DNA of 64,000 bases from Sphingomonadaceae bacterium (GTDB taxonomy: Bacteria > Pseudomonadota > Alphaproteobacteria > Sphingomonadales > Sphingomonadaceae), in NCBI GenBank assembly GCA_947476425.1, contig CANJQJ010000013.1, forward strand, positions 384-64,383, in the 5' to 3' direction. The position numbers and the translations under genes are program-made. The notes under the pieces were generated by a model. The model saw only the letters and a list, made by a program, of their open reading frames with translations. It had not been told where the DNA came from and did no database searches. Below are positions 11,121 through 20,377 of the stretch, piece after piece (positions within the stretch are counted from its first letter, which is position 1; every line of letters starts with the position of its first letter).

Positions 11121-11549
11121 ATGGGTCTCAAGCAAGAACAGTTCATCGCGGATTTCCAGGCCGCATGGGGTGATGGCACGTTGGAAACCAAGCCCGACAT
11201 CGAGAAAATCCTGTCGATGATGTCGGAAGATGCAGAATGGCAACAATGGGTGCCGGGCGGGCCGGTCATTCGCGGTCGCGAAGCGCTTCGTGAAGAGCTG
11301 CATCGCCAGACCCGCATCGCCACCAACAACAAGTGCAACATCGTCAACGTACTTTCCAGCGACACGATGGTGATGCAGGAGCGTTCCGATACTGCGGTCA
11401 TCTTCGGCAAATATTGCCCCCATCAGATGGTGGCAGTCTACGAACTTGACGAAAACGGCCTAATCCGGCGCTGGCGCGAATATCTCGACATGGCCGATCT
11501 CACCGCGAAGATCGGTGTGGATTCCCATGCCGCGGGATACGACGGCTAG
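11121..11549 (+). CDS. NTF2-fold protein, limonene-1,2-epoxide hydrolase-like family
   Basis: About 140 aa. The C-terminal GLIRRWREYLDMAD resembles the LEH (GKITGWRDYFD) pattern. GGAGAGGGA lies upstream of the ATG. Confidence 0.6.
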   Translation: MGLKQEQFIADFQAAWGDGTLETKPDIEKILSMMSEDAEWQQWVPGGPVIRGREALREELHRQTRIATNNKCNIVNVLSSDTMVMQERSDTAVIFGKYCPHQMVAVYELDENGLIRRWREYLDMADLTAKIGVDSHAAGYDG

Positions 11550-11563
11550 GGTTGGCTTCTGAG

Positions 11564-11591
11564 CACCATCCCCGCCGGAGCGGGGATGGTG
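11564..11591. terminator. 12-bp perfect hairpin between convergent genes (possible bidirectional terminator)
   Basis: caccatccccgc-cgga-gcggggatggtg between stop 11549 (+) and stop 11601 (-). Confidence 0.5.
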
Positions 11592-11600
11592 GCGGCAATA

Positions 11601-12404
11601 TCAATCAAAGCGGAACGCCGACACCGTCGCCATCATCACCTGATCGGAAAATATCTTCGAACCCTCGCCCGCGCCGGCGGCACCGGCCGCGACCATCAGC
11701 GGCATCAGATGTTCTTCGCGCGGGTGGCTCTGCCGCGCGGCATCTCCGGCGGTCCAATGTGTCAGGCGACTTGCACGCTCATCCGGCCCCGACTCAATCG
11801 CTGCGGTGAGCCACGCGTCGAAATTCGCAGAGTCGGTCGGTGCGGACCCGGTCATGTAGCCCCTCATATTATGATAGCTCATGCCCGATCCCACGATCAG
11901 CACGCCTTCGTCACGCAGCGGCTCTAGCGCTCGCCCGGCAGCGAGATGCTCCGCGGGATCGAGGTCGGCCTTCAGCGAGAGAGGGACTACGGGAATGTCA
12001 GCATCGGGGAAGGCGACAAGCAACGGCACGAATATGCCATGATCGAACCCCCGCTCAGGATCCGTAACGACCGGCAATCCGGCAGCAGCGAGCAGCCCCC
12101 TCACCCGTTCAGCCAGCGCCGGATCGCCTGGCGCAGGATAGTCGAGCTCATAGGTATGCGGCGGAAAGCCGTAATAATCGAAGATCATGCCCGGCCGCGG
12201 GTTGGTACCGACGGCGAAGGCCGGCTCTTCCCAATGGCCCGAGATCATCAGGATTGCCTTGGGTCGCTCCGGGAGACTGGTCGCGATCGACTGCAGCCAG
12301 TGCTTCGTTCGGAACCATGTGTCGGCCGGCCCCATCGTCCAATCCATGAAGAAGCAGGGTCCGCCGCCATGCGGGATGAATAAGGAGGGCAAGGTGCTGG
12401 TCAT
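11601..12404 (-). CDS. class III extradiol ring-cleavage dioxygenase, 4,5-DOPA dioxygenase (YgiD-like) family
   Basis: LFIPHGGGP...ISGHWE...FDYYGFP...YPAPG...GFDHG...GSGMSYHN is collinear with E. coli YgiD as I recall it. Confidence 0.8.
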   Translation of the reverse strand: MTSTLPSLFIPHGGGPCFFMDWTMGPADTWFRTKHWLQSIATSLPERPKAILMISGHWEEPAFAVGTNPRPGMIFDYYGFPPHTYELDYPAPGDPALAERVRGLLAAAGLPVVTDPERGFDHGIFVPLLVAFPDADIPVVPLSLKADLDPAEHLAAGRALEPLRDEGVLIVGSGMSYHNMRGYMTGSAPTDSANFDAWLTAAIESGPDERASRLTHWTAGDAARQSHPREEHLMPLMVAAGAAGAGEGSKIFSDQVMMATVSAFRFD

Positions 12405-12473
12405 GCCTGGAAGATGATGGCGGCCAGGCGCAAGCGCAAGTGGTGCCCTTCCGACCTGACAATCCTTCTCGCG

Positions 12474-13250
12474 TCACGGCGCGTGGCAGGGTGAGACCAC
12501 TTTCTTTTCCTCGGCAATCTGGAACCTCATCTGTTCCAGTATCCGCTGATGTTCACCCTCGGCCGAGCCGTAAAAGCCGCCCGCATATTTGATCAGGCTG
12601 GGGCGATCGAGCAATTGTATCGAAGCCCGCGTCGCCCTGATCACGCCATCGCCTTCAAGTTGATGCAATGCGTTGGTTACGCTGGCGCGCCGCGTGCTGA
12701 CCATCTCCGACAACGCCTCATGCGTCAGCGATATACGGTCGCTCCCCATCCGATCGCAGCACATCAGGATACACCTGGCTAACCGCTCCTCGATCTTGGC
12801 CCGCGCCTGCGCGATGCAGTTATTAGCCATCTGCGCGAGGAGCGCCTTTACGTATCGAAGCAGATACGCGTTCAGCGCTGGTCGCCGCTCCAGCAAGCCC
12901 TGGAATGCTCGCCGATCAATGCTGAGCGACTCGCCTGCAATCTGCATGACGCAATCCGTGCTGCTCCGGACGCCGCCGAGAAGGAGCACGACCCCCGTCA
13001 TGCCTTCACTACCAAGCATGGCGACATCCGCCTGTGTACCGAATCGCGTGGTACCGATCTGCGACGCGACGCCACCTAATAGAAAATGTGCTCGCTCGAT
13101 CGCCCTGCCACGGCTTTCTAGCCGCGACCTTACTGGCAATTGCTGCCACTCGAGCATCGGCAGCAGCTTATCCAGTTCCGTCTCAGTCATTCCTGCGAGG
13201 AGTTGATTGGCAGCCCATCCTGATGCGCCGAACAAATCTCCCTGTTTCAT
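12474..13250 (-). CDS. Crp/Fnr-family transcriptional regulator
   Basis: cNMP-binding-like N-terminal domain plus a C-terminal HTH (LTHEALSEMVSTRRASVTNALHQLEGDGVI). The start is taken at MKQGDL. Confidence 0.8.
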   Translation of the reverse strand: MKQGDLFGASGWAANQLLAGMTETELDKLLPMLEWQQLPVRSRLESRGRAIERAHFLLGGVASQIGTTRFGTQADVAMLGSEGMTGVVLLLGGVRSSTDCVMQIAGESLSIDRRAFQGLLERRPALNAYLLRYVKALLAQMANNCIAQARAKIEERLARCILMCCDRMGSDRISLTHEALSEMVSTRRASVTNALHQLEGDGVIRATRASIQLLDRPSLIKYAGGFYGSAEGEHQRILEQMRFQIAEEKKVVSPCHAP

Positions 13251-13709
13251 GGCACGCCTCTCCGTGTGTGTCCGGAGCACAGCATCATGTTATAGAGGTA
13301 TTTACGTGCTCCTCTTCACCTACAACAAGACGCGCGGAGGCTGCACCTGTTCCCTCGATTCCAGGGAATCGCGACCATTGGCGGCAATGGCGCAAGTAGC
13401 GAAACATGTTTAGCGGCACATCATATTCGCGTCTTCCGGGATTGTTTGAATCGTACAATCTAACAAGTTGCCCTCGCCACGATAAAATCGCAGTGTATCT
13501 CCAAGGCCGAAACGGATCGTAAAGATCGCACGGCGCTTTACCGGAAGATGTTTTCCTGATTTCGTCACGCAGTGAAAATAACGGCGGAGAGGTTTGCCCG
13601 CGATGTCGAAATGATATCAAATAAACACTATTCCGAGTCATGCGTGTTAAGGCATTGTACTTTACATTATTCGTATGATTCGGGAATGACGGAGTAGGCG
13701 AGTAAAATC

Positions 13710-13958
13710 ATGACATTCGGCCGTGATGTATTTACCACTACAAGTTCGATGGCATCTTCGGAAATGCGCGACATGGGCAGCGATATTCTGGAGCTTACAG
13801 GATGTGGTCTCGACGCTGGATTCCAGCGGTGGAAAGGGAATGTCCTGAGCTCCGGAGAGACCATGATCCTCGTCATTGGAGAAATCAGCGACGCCTATGC
13901 CGCTTCGCCGGAGGAAGAACAACGGCCGGCACGGGGAATAAACCCGACCGCCCATTGA
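13710..13958 (+). CDS. hypothetical small acidic protein (82 aa), low confidence
   Basis: ORF in the AT-rich islet. Its TGA overlaps the ATG of the next ORF (TGATG), suggesting coupling. No family recognised and the RBS is weak. Confidence 0.3.
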   Translation: MTFGRDVFTTTSSMASSEMRDMGSDILELTGCGLDAGFQRWKGNVLSSGETMILVIGEISDAYAASPEEEQRPARGINPTAH

Positions 13959-14197
13959 TGGAGGAAGCTATGGGGCTTAGTGACCTGTCTTATTATCGCG
14001 AGCGCGCGACACAAGAGCAAAGCAGGTCCGCGGCATCGCGGTCTCCGGAAGCCGCCGCGATCCACTCCGAGCTCGCCCGCCGTTATGCGCAGATCGTGAA
14101 CCGGCTTGAACGAGACACGGAATTTGCTCCGCGCAAGGCAGCTTCCCATTATCAGGCCGTACCCCCTACTTTTCTGAAACGGGCGCGGTACGCTTGA
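13958..14197 (+). CDS. hypothetical small basic protein (75-79 aa)
   Basis: MEEAMGLSDLSYYRERATQEQSRSAASRSPEAAAIHSELARRYAQIV... GGAGGA lies 4 nt upstream of the internal ATG at 13970. An alternative ATG at 13958 overlaps the upstream stop. Helical and Arg-rich. No family recognised. Confidence 0.4.
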   Translation: MEEAMGLSDLSYYRERATQEQSRSAASRSPEAAAIHSELARRYAQIVNRLERDTEFAPRKAASHYQAVPPTFLKRARYA

Positions 14198-14339
14198 TCT
14201 CCTGATGTTCGCGAATGCGCATTTCAAGTTCGGAAATACGATCACGCTCTGGAGTTCCGACTGCGAAACCTTTCAATCGCGCTTCAGCCCATAGCCTGTT
14301 TCGCTCCGATTGAAGCGCTTTCAATAATTGATCGGCCAT
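14166..14339 (-). CDS. hypothetical small protein (57 aa)
   Basis: MADQLLKALQSERNRLWAEARLKGFAVGTPERDRISELEMRIREHQEIKR. GGAGA lies 5 nt upstream of the ATG. The 3' end overlaps the convergent small ORF by 32 nt. No family recognised. Confidence 0.35.
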   Translation of the reverse strand: MADQLLKALQSERNRLWAEARLKGFAVGTPERDRISELEMRIREHQEIKRTAPVSEK

Positions 14340-14477
14340 ATTGTCTCCATGATGACCCGGGAGCCTACAGGATTCCCCGGCGGTCGGCGACAGCATTGCC
14401 GGCGCTTTTGTCCGGATTTGCAAACCCCCAAGAAACTCTATCTTTCCGACGGGGAATCCACCTCATAATCGAGCAGG

Positions 14478-15179
14478 ATGAAGACTGCGCTGATCATCCG
14501 TCACGTTCCTTATGAAGGCGTCGCCGGCTATCGTGCCCCCATCGAAGCCGCAGGCTATCAGGTCGATCGTATCGACGTAACCGATCCCCGGTTTTCCTTG
14601 CTGGACCTGAACGAACCCGATCTTCTGATCATGATGGGCGGCCCAATGGGCGTATATGAGCAGGACAGATATCCTTGGATAACATGTCAGCTTCGACGTC
14701 TCGCGCGACGACTCGATGCCGGCCGGCCGACGTTGGGCGTTTGCTTCGGAGCGCAAATGATGGCCGCGGCACTCGGTGCGCGCGTCTATCCCGGCCCGGA
14801 GAAGGAAGTCGGTTTTCATCCCGTGCGCATTCTCGAAGCTGCGCGCAATTCACCGCTTCGTCATCTCGAGGACGTTCCGATCCTGCACTGGCATGGCGAC
14901 ACTTTTGAACTGCCCGACAATGTCGAATTGTTGGCGTCCAGCCATGTTTACGCGCATCAGGCATTCCGGCGCGGGGCGAATTTGCTCGCTCTGCAGTTCC
15001 ACGCCGAGATGGGCGAAGATCCACGCTTCGACGCCTGGATCGAGGAATGGCCAGGATCGGTGATCGAAGCAGGCGGCGACGAATCCAGCCTGCGCGCCGC
15101 CCACGATCGCCATGGCCCCGCGGCGGTCGCTGCGGGACAGCGCGTCATAACCGACTGGCTCGATCAGCTGGAGGCCTGA
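14478..15179 (+). CDS. class I glutamine amidotransferase (GATase1, GMP-synthase-like domain protein)
   Basis: GVCFGAQMMAAALG nucleophile-Cys elbow and HWHGDTFELP motif. Confidence 0.8.
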   Translation: MKTALIIRHVPYEGVAGYRAPIEAAGYQVDRIDVTDPRFSLLDLNEPDLLIMMGGPMGVYEQDRYPWITCQLRRLARRLDAGRPTLGVCFGAQMMAAALGARVYPGPEKEVGFHPVRILEAARNSPLRHLEDVPILHWHGDTFELPDNVELLASSHVYAHQAFRRGANLLALQFHAEMGEDPRFDAWIEEWPGSVIEAGGDESSLRAAHDRHGPAAVAAGQRVITDWLDQLEA

Positions 15180-15308
15180 ATCGGCGTAGCTGACGAGCTC
15201 CACGCCCGATCTTCATCAACTTCCCGACGGACCGTAAATGCTTGAGCGTTGCACGGCTGCCAGTACCGGCTAAACGTGGCACCTTAGCGGGATGATGGAG
15301 AGCCGAGG

Positions 15309-16514
15309 ATGCCCAACGAAACCACAACCCTGATGTATGAACAGGTTGCGCGTGAAGTTGCGCGAACCGCCTATCCCGAGAGCTTCCCGACACTGCCCCG
15401 CGTGCCAAGTGCACGCTATTACGACCAGCAGTTCTACGATCTCGAGATTGAGCATATGTGGCGCAAGAGCTGGATCTATGCGGCGCATGTCAGCGAAGTG
15501 CCAGAACCTGGCAACTACAAGCTCTTCGAACATTTCGACCGTTCGATCATCATCAGCCGCGGCCTCGATGGAGAGGTTCGCGCCTTTCACAATGTCTGCC
15601 GGCATCGCGGCGCGGCCCTGCTCACCGAGCAAAAGGGTTCGGTGCGCCGCTTCGTGTGCCCCTATCATGCGTGGGGATATGGCCTTGACGGCAAGCTCGT
15701 CTCGGTACCCGAGGCACATAATTTCTCATGCCTCGAAAAGGCTGAAAATCCGCTGACGGCGGTGCGGTGCGAGATCTGGCGGGGCTTCATCTTCATCAAC
15801 CTCGACAAGGGCGCTGAGCCGCTGGCCGATTTTCTGGCGCCAACGACGCGACAGGTCGCCGATTTTCCGCTCGAGGACATGGTGGTCAAGGATACCATCC
15901 TGGTCGAGGTCGATTGCAACTGGAAGACCGCCTACGATAATTTCCTTGAAATCTATCACGTCAACACGGTGCATTCGAAGTCGCTTGCGCCCTATCTGGA
16001 CAGCAAGAGTTTCACCGTCTCACTGCTGAAAAATGGTCATGCCCGCTTTGCGACGCGCAAGAAGGTCGGCAAGACTTTCTTCAGCGACGGCGTGGAAGAG
16101 CCCGAGGCCTTCACCGCGCGCTTCAAGGAGCATACGGTCGCGCTGCCCTTCTTCCCGAACGGCTTTACCGCTCTCGATCCCATCGGTTTCACCTGGCAAT
16201 TATTCTGGCCGGCGGGGCCCGGCAAGGCGATCATGCAAGCCGTGATGATGGGCTGGAAAAAGGACGACGACGAGGATCGTGCTTTCTGGGCGCAGATGCG
16301 AGAAAGCCAGATTTCAGTGCTCAACGAAGATCTATTCCTATTTTCGAGCATCCAGCGATCGATGAGCAGCGGCGAATTGCCCGGCATCCTGCTTGGATTT
16401 CAGGAGCAGCAAATCTATTGGTATAATGAGGAAATCGATCGGCGGATCGGCATCGAAAATATCCCGGAACATCTTCGCATCCAGCAGGTCCTTGCCGGCC
16501 ACGCCGGCGATTGA
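15309..16514 (+). CDS. Rieske-type aromatic ring-hydroxylating oxygenase, alpha (catalytic) subunit
   Basis: Rieske motif CRHRG...x17...CPYHAWGY and a mononuclear-iron region NFLEIYHVNTVH. No beta subunit or reductase is adjacent. Confidence 0.85.
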   Translation: MPNETTTLMYEQVAREVARTAYPESFPTLPRVPSARYYDQQFYDLEIEHMWRKSWIYAAHVSEVPEPGNYKLFEHFDRSIIISRGLDGEVRAFHNVCRHRGAALLTEQKGSVRRFVCPYHAWGYGLDGKLVSVPEAHNFSCLEKAENPLTAVRCEIWRGFIFINLDKGAEPLADFLAPTTRQVADFPLEDMVVKDTILVEVDCNWKTAYDNFLEIYHVNTVHSKSLAPYLDSKSFTVSLLKNGHARFATRKKVGKTFFSDGVEEPEAFTARFKEHTVALPFFPNGFTALDPIGFTWQLFWPAGPGKAIMQAVMMGWKKDDDEDRAFWAQMRESQISVLNEDLFLFSSIQRSMSSGELPGILLGFQEQQIYWYNEEIDRRIGIENIPEHLRIQQVLAGHAGD

Positions 16515-16550
16515 CCCGGCCGCGCCGAGGCGCGGTTCGGTAAAAGGGGA

Positions 16551-16580
16551 GCGAGGCCGCCAGTAGCCAGGCGGCCTCGC
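16551..16580 (+). terminator. 11-bp perfect GC hairpin downstream of the Rieske oxygenase gene
   Basis: gcgaggccgcc-agtagcca-ggcggcctcgc. There is no T-tract, so function is uncertain. Confidence 0.4.
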
Positions 16581-16685
16581 AATCCCTTCGGCAAAGCTTC
16601 CCCCGCCTTGCCGCGCAAATATTCAGGAATTGCGGTCAAAGGCATTTCCCAATAGCCTTTCGTGGCCATTTCATTGGAGAACCGG

Positions 16686-17177
16686 ATGCCGCGCCTATCG
16701 GATTTCGTCGCCAAGAGCCTTTCAGGCGGCGACGTACCCTTGAGCCGCTACGACGGCAACGTGCTGCTGGTTGTCAATACAGCCAGCAATTGCGGTTTTA
16801 CGCCGCAATATGAGGGGCTCGAAAAGCTCCAGGCAAAATATTCGTCGCGAGGTTTCTCGGTGCTGGGTTTTCCCTGCAACCAGTTCCTGAATCAGGAGCC
16901 GGGAAGTGCCGAGGAGATCGAGACGTTTTGCCGGGATCGGTATTCCGTGACCTTTCCCATGTTCGAAAAGGTCAACGTCAACGGCCCACTCGCGCATCCG
17001 CTCTTTCATTGGCTGGCCGAACAGGCGCCCGGGATATTGGGAAGCAAGGCGATCAAATGGAACTTCACGAAATTTCTTGTCGATCGCGGCGGCAACCCAA
17101 TTCTTCGCTACGCGCCCACCATGGCACCGGAAAACATCGCGCCCACGATCGAACGATATCTTGGCGCCGACGGCTGA
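16686..17177 (+). CDS. glutathione peroxidase (Cys-type, BtuE-like)
   Basis: LLVVNTASNCGFTPQYEGLEKL...FPCNQF...WNFTKFL signature motifs. GGAGAA precedes the ATG at 16686. Confidence 0.88.
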   Translation: MPRLSDFVAKSLSGGDVPLSRYDGNVLLVVNTASNCGFTPQYEGLEKLQAKYSSRGFSVLGFPCNQFLNQEPGSAEEIETFCRDRYSVTFPMFEKVNVNGPLAHPLFHWLAEQAPGILGSKAIKWNFTKFLVDRGGNPILRYAPTMAPENIAPTIERYLGADG

Positions 17178-17273
17178 TTGCCCCCCCAATTGCGACTTCG
17201 GCCATTACGGACGTTAAAGGAATCTAAGGCCTGATCCATCACATGTTCCTTGCCGAAGCATGGGACGGATTTC

Positions 17274-17951
17274 ATGTCGACAAAGTCGAAGCAAAAACTG
17301 CTGAAAATCATAGCGTCGCTGGGAGTCGAAGAGGAGCCAGCGGCAGTATCCGCATTCCTTATGGCGCGCCGCCACATGCGCATGCTGGGATTCACCTGGT
17401 CGGACATTGCGCAAGCCGCCCTTGGCGATGATGGCCTGGAAGCGCGCCCAGTTCCGAAAAACGCATCGAGCGACGCTTTCAATAATGGAGTCTACAGGAG
17501 GCCGACAGCCGCCCCTGGACCGAAGCCAAAACAACGGCCTGCGCCCGAGTCCAGGGCCCGCGCCACATCGGAGCCGCAGCCCGCCGCCGCTCCGAAACCC
17601 GAGCCTGAACCCGCCCCCGAGTCGACGACCCGGTCACACGAAACCACCACGCCAGCGAATTTCCGGCAAGCATTTTGGGCACGGGAAATCCGCACGGGCG
17701 CCGACATACCGGCCGTCGTCAGCGGAATGTTGAAGGTTGTGAACGAGAAATCCGCGCCCAATGGCGAGGTTGTGATGATCGTCAGGATCGAAGCCGAAAC
17801 CGTCATCTACGATTCTCTTGCGATCGTCGATCAGGATCTGGTGACTATGATCAAACGCCGTCTGGGAACAGGCAATCGTCTGGTCGATGCCGATATACGT
17901 CAAATCCGCAATCCCGATGATATGCCGATCGTCACCGCCCTCCGGATGTAG
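17274..17951 (+). CDS. hypothetical protein: about 60-aa helical N-domain, Pro/Ala-rich linker, about 95-aa beta-rich C-domain
   Basis: MSTKSKQKLLKIIASLGVEEEPAAVSAFLMARRHMRMLGFTWSDI..., then a PAPESRARATSEPQPAAAPKPEPEPAPE linker, then AVVSGMLKVVNEKSAPNGEVVMIVRIEAETVIYD... No family confidently recognised. Confidence 0.55.
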   Translation: MSTKSKQKLLKIIASLGVEEEPAAVSAFLMARRHMRMLGFTWSDIAQAALGDDGLEARPVPKNASSDAFNNGVYRRPTAAPGPKPKQRPAPESRARATSEPQPAAAPKPEPEPAPESTTRSHETTTPANFRQAFWAREIRTGADIPAVVSGMLKVVNEKSAPNGEVVMIVRIEAETVIYDSLAIVDQDLVTMIKRRLGTGNRLVDADIRQIRNPDDMPIVTALRM

Positions 17952-18103
17952 CACGCCGTCTACGAATAGCTCATGTCACTTGCTGGGGCCGGATTTTCAT
18001 TCCAAAAGGATTCGCAAGAAAGCATTCGTGAACCCGGTATCCGAGCCATCGGATTTTCGGGCCCCGAAAAAGCAAAAAGATGATTCCGCCGAGGAGGATG
18101 AGA

Positions 18104-18646
18104 ATGGATTTTCTGGCACAGGTCAAAGAACGCGGTCTTGCAGAGCGAACGGTTGCGACGCGCGAACGCTTCGACAAATTCATTCGAGATGCGGTGGATC
18201 AGTGGCACGTCCAGATGCTGACCGTTTTGCGAGACCATTGGTGGTCCGAAATCGTCGGCGACATCGAAACGACCATGGCCACCCTCGTCCCGGATCCGGT
18301 GTACCACTTCTACGGCAGGTCCTTGAACGTATCAGATGTCAACACCACCGCAGCGGCGCGAGCAATGTACACCTCGCTCTATGACGCCGGTTATTATCCG
18401 GGCGGCGTGATGGAGAATATGCGCATTGCGTGCGCCGATTGGGGCATTGTCGTCGAGGCAGAACTTACGACGGTGCTTCCGGGCGCGGCCTTCAATCTGC
18501 CGCACGTGCAGATCGACCCCGCGTTGCCATATCAGAACACTTGCTATTCGATGCAGTCCCAGCCCTTCGATCGCGCGACCGGCCTGATGAAAGGGGAGAT
18601 CGTCTACATGAGCGATCTGACCGAGATTTTCATCGCGCGGAGATAG
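18104..18646 (+). CDS. hypothetical protein (possibly NTF2/SnoaL-like fold)
   Basis: GAGGAGGA RBS lies before the ATG at 18104. 180 aa (MDFLAQVKERGLAERTVATRERFDKFIRDAVDQW...). The fold suggestion is weak. Confidence 0.55.
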   Translation: MDFLAQVKERGLAERTVATRERFDKFIRDAVDQWHVQMLTVLRDHWWSEIVGDIETTMATLVPDPVYHFYGRSLNVSDVNTTAAARAMYTSLYDAGYYPGGVMENMRIACADWGIVVEAELTTVLPGAAFNLPHVQIDPALPYQNTCYSMQSQPFDRATGLMKGEIVYMSDLTEIFIARR

Positions 18647-18670
18647 CAGCGAGGGCGCCTCGCACGCAGG

Positions 18671-19327
18671 CTATGCCGGGAAGCCTGCATCGAGGAGCCG
18701 CTGACGCTCCTCGACGTTCAATCGATATGCCTTCGCCACTGATGCTTCGAGCATCAGACGATCGTTATAGGCTTTCAGTCCAGGCCATGGGTCCAACGGT
18801 CCGATCCTCAGCGATGCGGAATATAACAGCACCTGCAAGTGCGGGTCGGCGACGCTGAACTCTTCTCCCAGGATGAACGGGCTGTCACCAAGCCGCTCCT
18901 GAAGATAATCCAGGCGCGCCTTGAGCATGTCCAGATACATCGTTCGCAATGCTTCCTTGTCGCCGGCCATCCTGAAGAGGTTGGCGAGTGACCAGAGCAC
19001 CTGCTTATGGAGTTCGCTGGAAAGGTAATTCAGTATTTCCTGCAGTCGCGTTCGAGCGAATGTTCCGTTGGCGGGAGCAAGCCGCGCCTGCGGTGCGAGG
19101 TCCGCGATATATTGCAGTATCGCAGGCGTCTCGGTCAGCAATCCCTCGCCACTTATTTCCAGTGCAGGGGTTTGCAGCCTGGGATTCACATCCCGATATT
19201 GCCTTCCATCCGAGAGAGACGCTTCAGGCCATCGCACCCATATAACCTCAAAGGGTATTCCCGCCGCGATCAGAGCGACGTGCGGCCCATATGAGCAGGA
19301 CATGGGAAAAGCATAAAGTTTCAGCAT
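18671..19327 (-). CDS. glutathione S-transferase
   Basis: N-terminal thioredoxin-like GST domain (MLKLYAFPMSCSYGPHVALIAAGIPFE...TPALE...LTETPAILQYI) plus a helical C-domain. Confidence 0.8.
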   Translation of the reverse strand: MLKLYAFPMSCSYGPHVALIAAGIPFEVIWVRWPEASLSDGRQYRDVNPRLQTPALEISGEGLLTETPAILQYIADLAPQARLAPANGTFARTRLQEILNYLSSELHKQVLWSLANLFRMAGDKEALRTMYLDMLKARLDYLQERLGDSPFILGEEFSVADPHLQVLLYSASLRIGPLDPWPGLKAYNDRLMLEASVAKAYRLNVEERQRLLDAGFPA

Positions 19328-19363
19328 ATTACAGCCTTCTTCCAGCTTGGGTGCGATTGCCGA

Positions 19364-20377
19364 TCAGAAGGTAACCATCACCTTCGCGCTCGTCGATAGC
19401 TTTGCCGTTTTCCATGCATCCTCGAAATTCGCGAAGGCAAAGCTATGGCTGACATAGGGTGCGAGTTCGGCTTCGTCGACCGCTTCCAGCGTCGCAAGCA
19501 CCTCGGGCAGTTCGGTTGGATAGCCAACGGCCGGGATCAACGAAATCTCGCGTATCAGCAATGACTGGAGATCGAGCTGCACCGGTGAGGGATAAACTGC
19601 GGTGAGCACAATCCGAGCCCGGTATTTGCCGAACGCAAGCGTTTGTTCGAGCAAGGCGGGTGCTCCGGCCATGTCCATGAATATATCGGTGCCGACAGTC
19701 GAAGCGCCGAACATCGGCGCGGCCTCGCCATGGATTGCGACCAGCGCTCCCTTGAGATCCTCACGGCCAGGATTGATCGTGTGGGTCGCGCCAAGCAAGC
19801 GCGCGCGGGCGAGGCGATCGTCGGATAGATCGACAGCCACGATGTTGCCGATTCCCCGTCGGCTGAGCCAGAAGACCGCACCGAGCCCGATCGGGCCTGC
19901 GCCATACACGACGACCTTTTCGTCACCCCTGAGCTGCGCCTGGTTGACCCCGTGGAGCGCCACGGAAAGTGGTTCGACCAAAGCTGCCCGGGCTGCCGGC
20001 ATCGCGTCGGAAATGGGTAGCAGATGCGTGTCGCGCTTCACGTTGCGGAGCAGCAGGAAATCGCCGAACGCGCCCTCCGATCCGCCATTGCCGATGATAT
20101 TGTCATAGGCGCCCATCGGATTGATCACCGCGCGCAGCCCGACGGGAATGTCGGTCACCGCATTGCCCACCTTGACCACGGTGCCCGCCGCCTCGTGCCC
20201 GAGCGGCCAGGGCTTGCCGCCCTCCCGCTGCATGCCATATTTGGCGAAAGTGAGATCGCTTCCACATATGCCGCACGCATCGATTTTCAGCAGTACGTCA
20301 CCGGATCCGACTTCGGGTAGCGGCACATCGTCAACGCGTACATCGTTGGCGCCGTGAATATTGACCAGCTTCATCAT
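19364..20377 (-). CDS. zinc-dependent alcohol dehydrogenase (MDR superfamily)
   Basis: CGICGSDL and GHEAAGTVVKVG zinc motifs and a VVYGAGPIGLG Rossmann motif. The start is taken at MMKLVN. Confidence 0.82.
   Translation of the reverse strand: MMKLVNIHGANDVRVDDVPLPEVGSGDVLLKIDACGICGSDLTFAKYGMQREGGKPWPLGHEAAGTVVKVGNAVTDIPVGLRAVINPMGAYDNIIGNGGSEGAFGDFLLLRNVKRDTHLLPISDAMPAARAALVEPLSVALHGVNQAQLRGDEKVVVYGAGPIGLGAVFWLSRRGIGNIVAVDLSDDRLARARLLGATHTINPGREDLKGALVAIHGEAAPMFGASTVGTDIFMDMAGAPALLEQTLAFGKYRARIVLTAVYPSPVQLDLQSLLIREISLIPAVGYPTELPEVLATLEAVDEAELAPYVSHSFAFANFEDAWKTAKLSTSAKVMVTF

Noticed and set aside
13285-13641. 118-aa minus-strand ORF in the AT-rich islet. I briefly wondered about a truncated PilZ-like C-terminus (R..R...R...ARLVVGEEEHVNTSIT-stop).
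   Set aside because: It has no RBS and odd composition. The PilZ resemblance is a few residues only and stops at the ORF end, with no continuation in any frame. I cannot support it.
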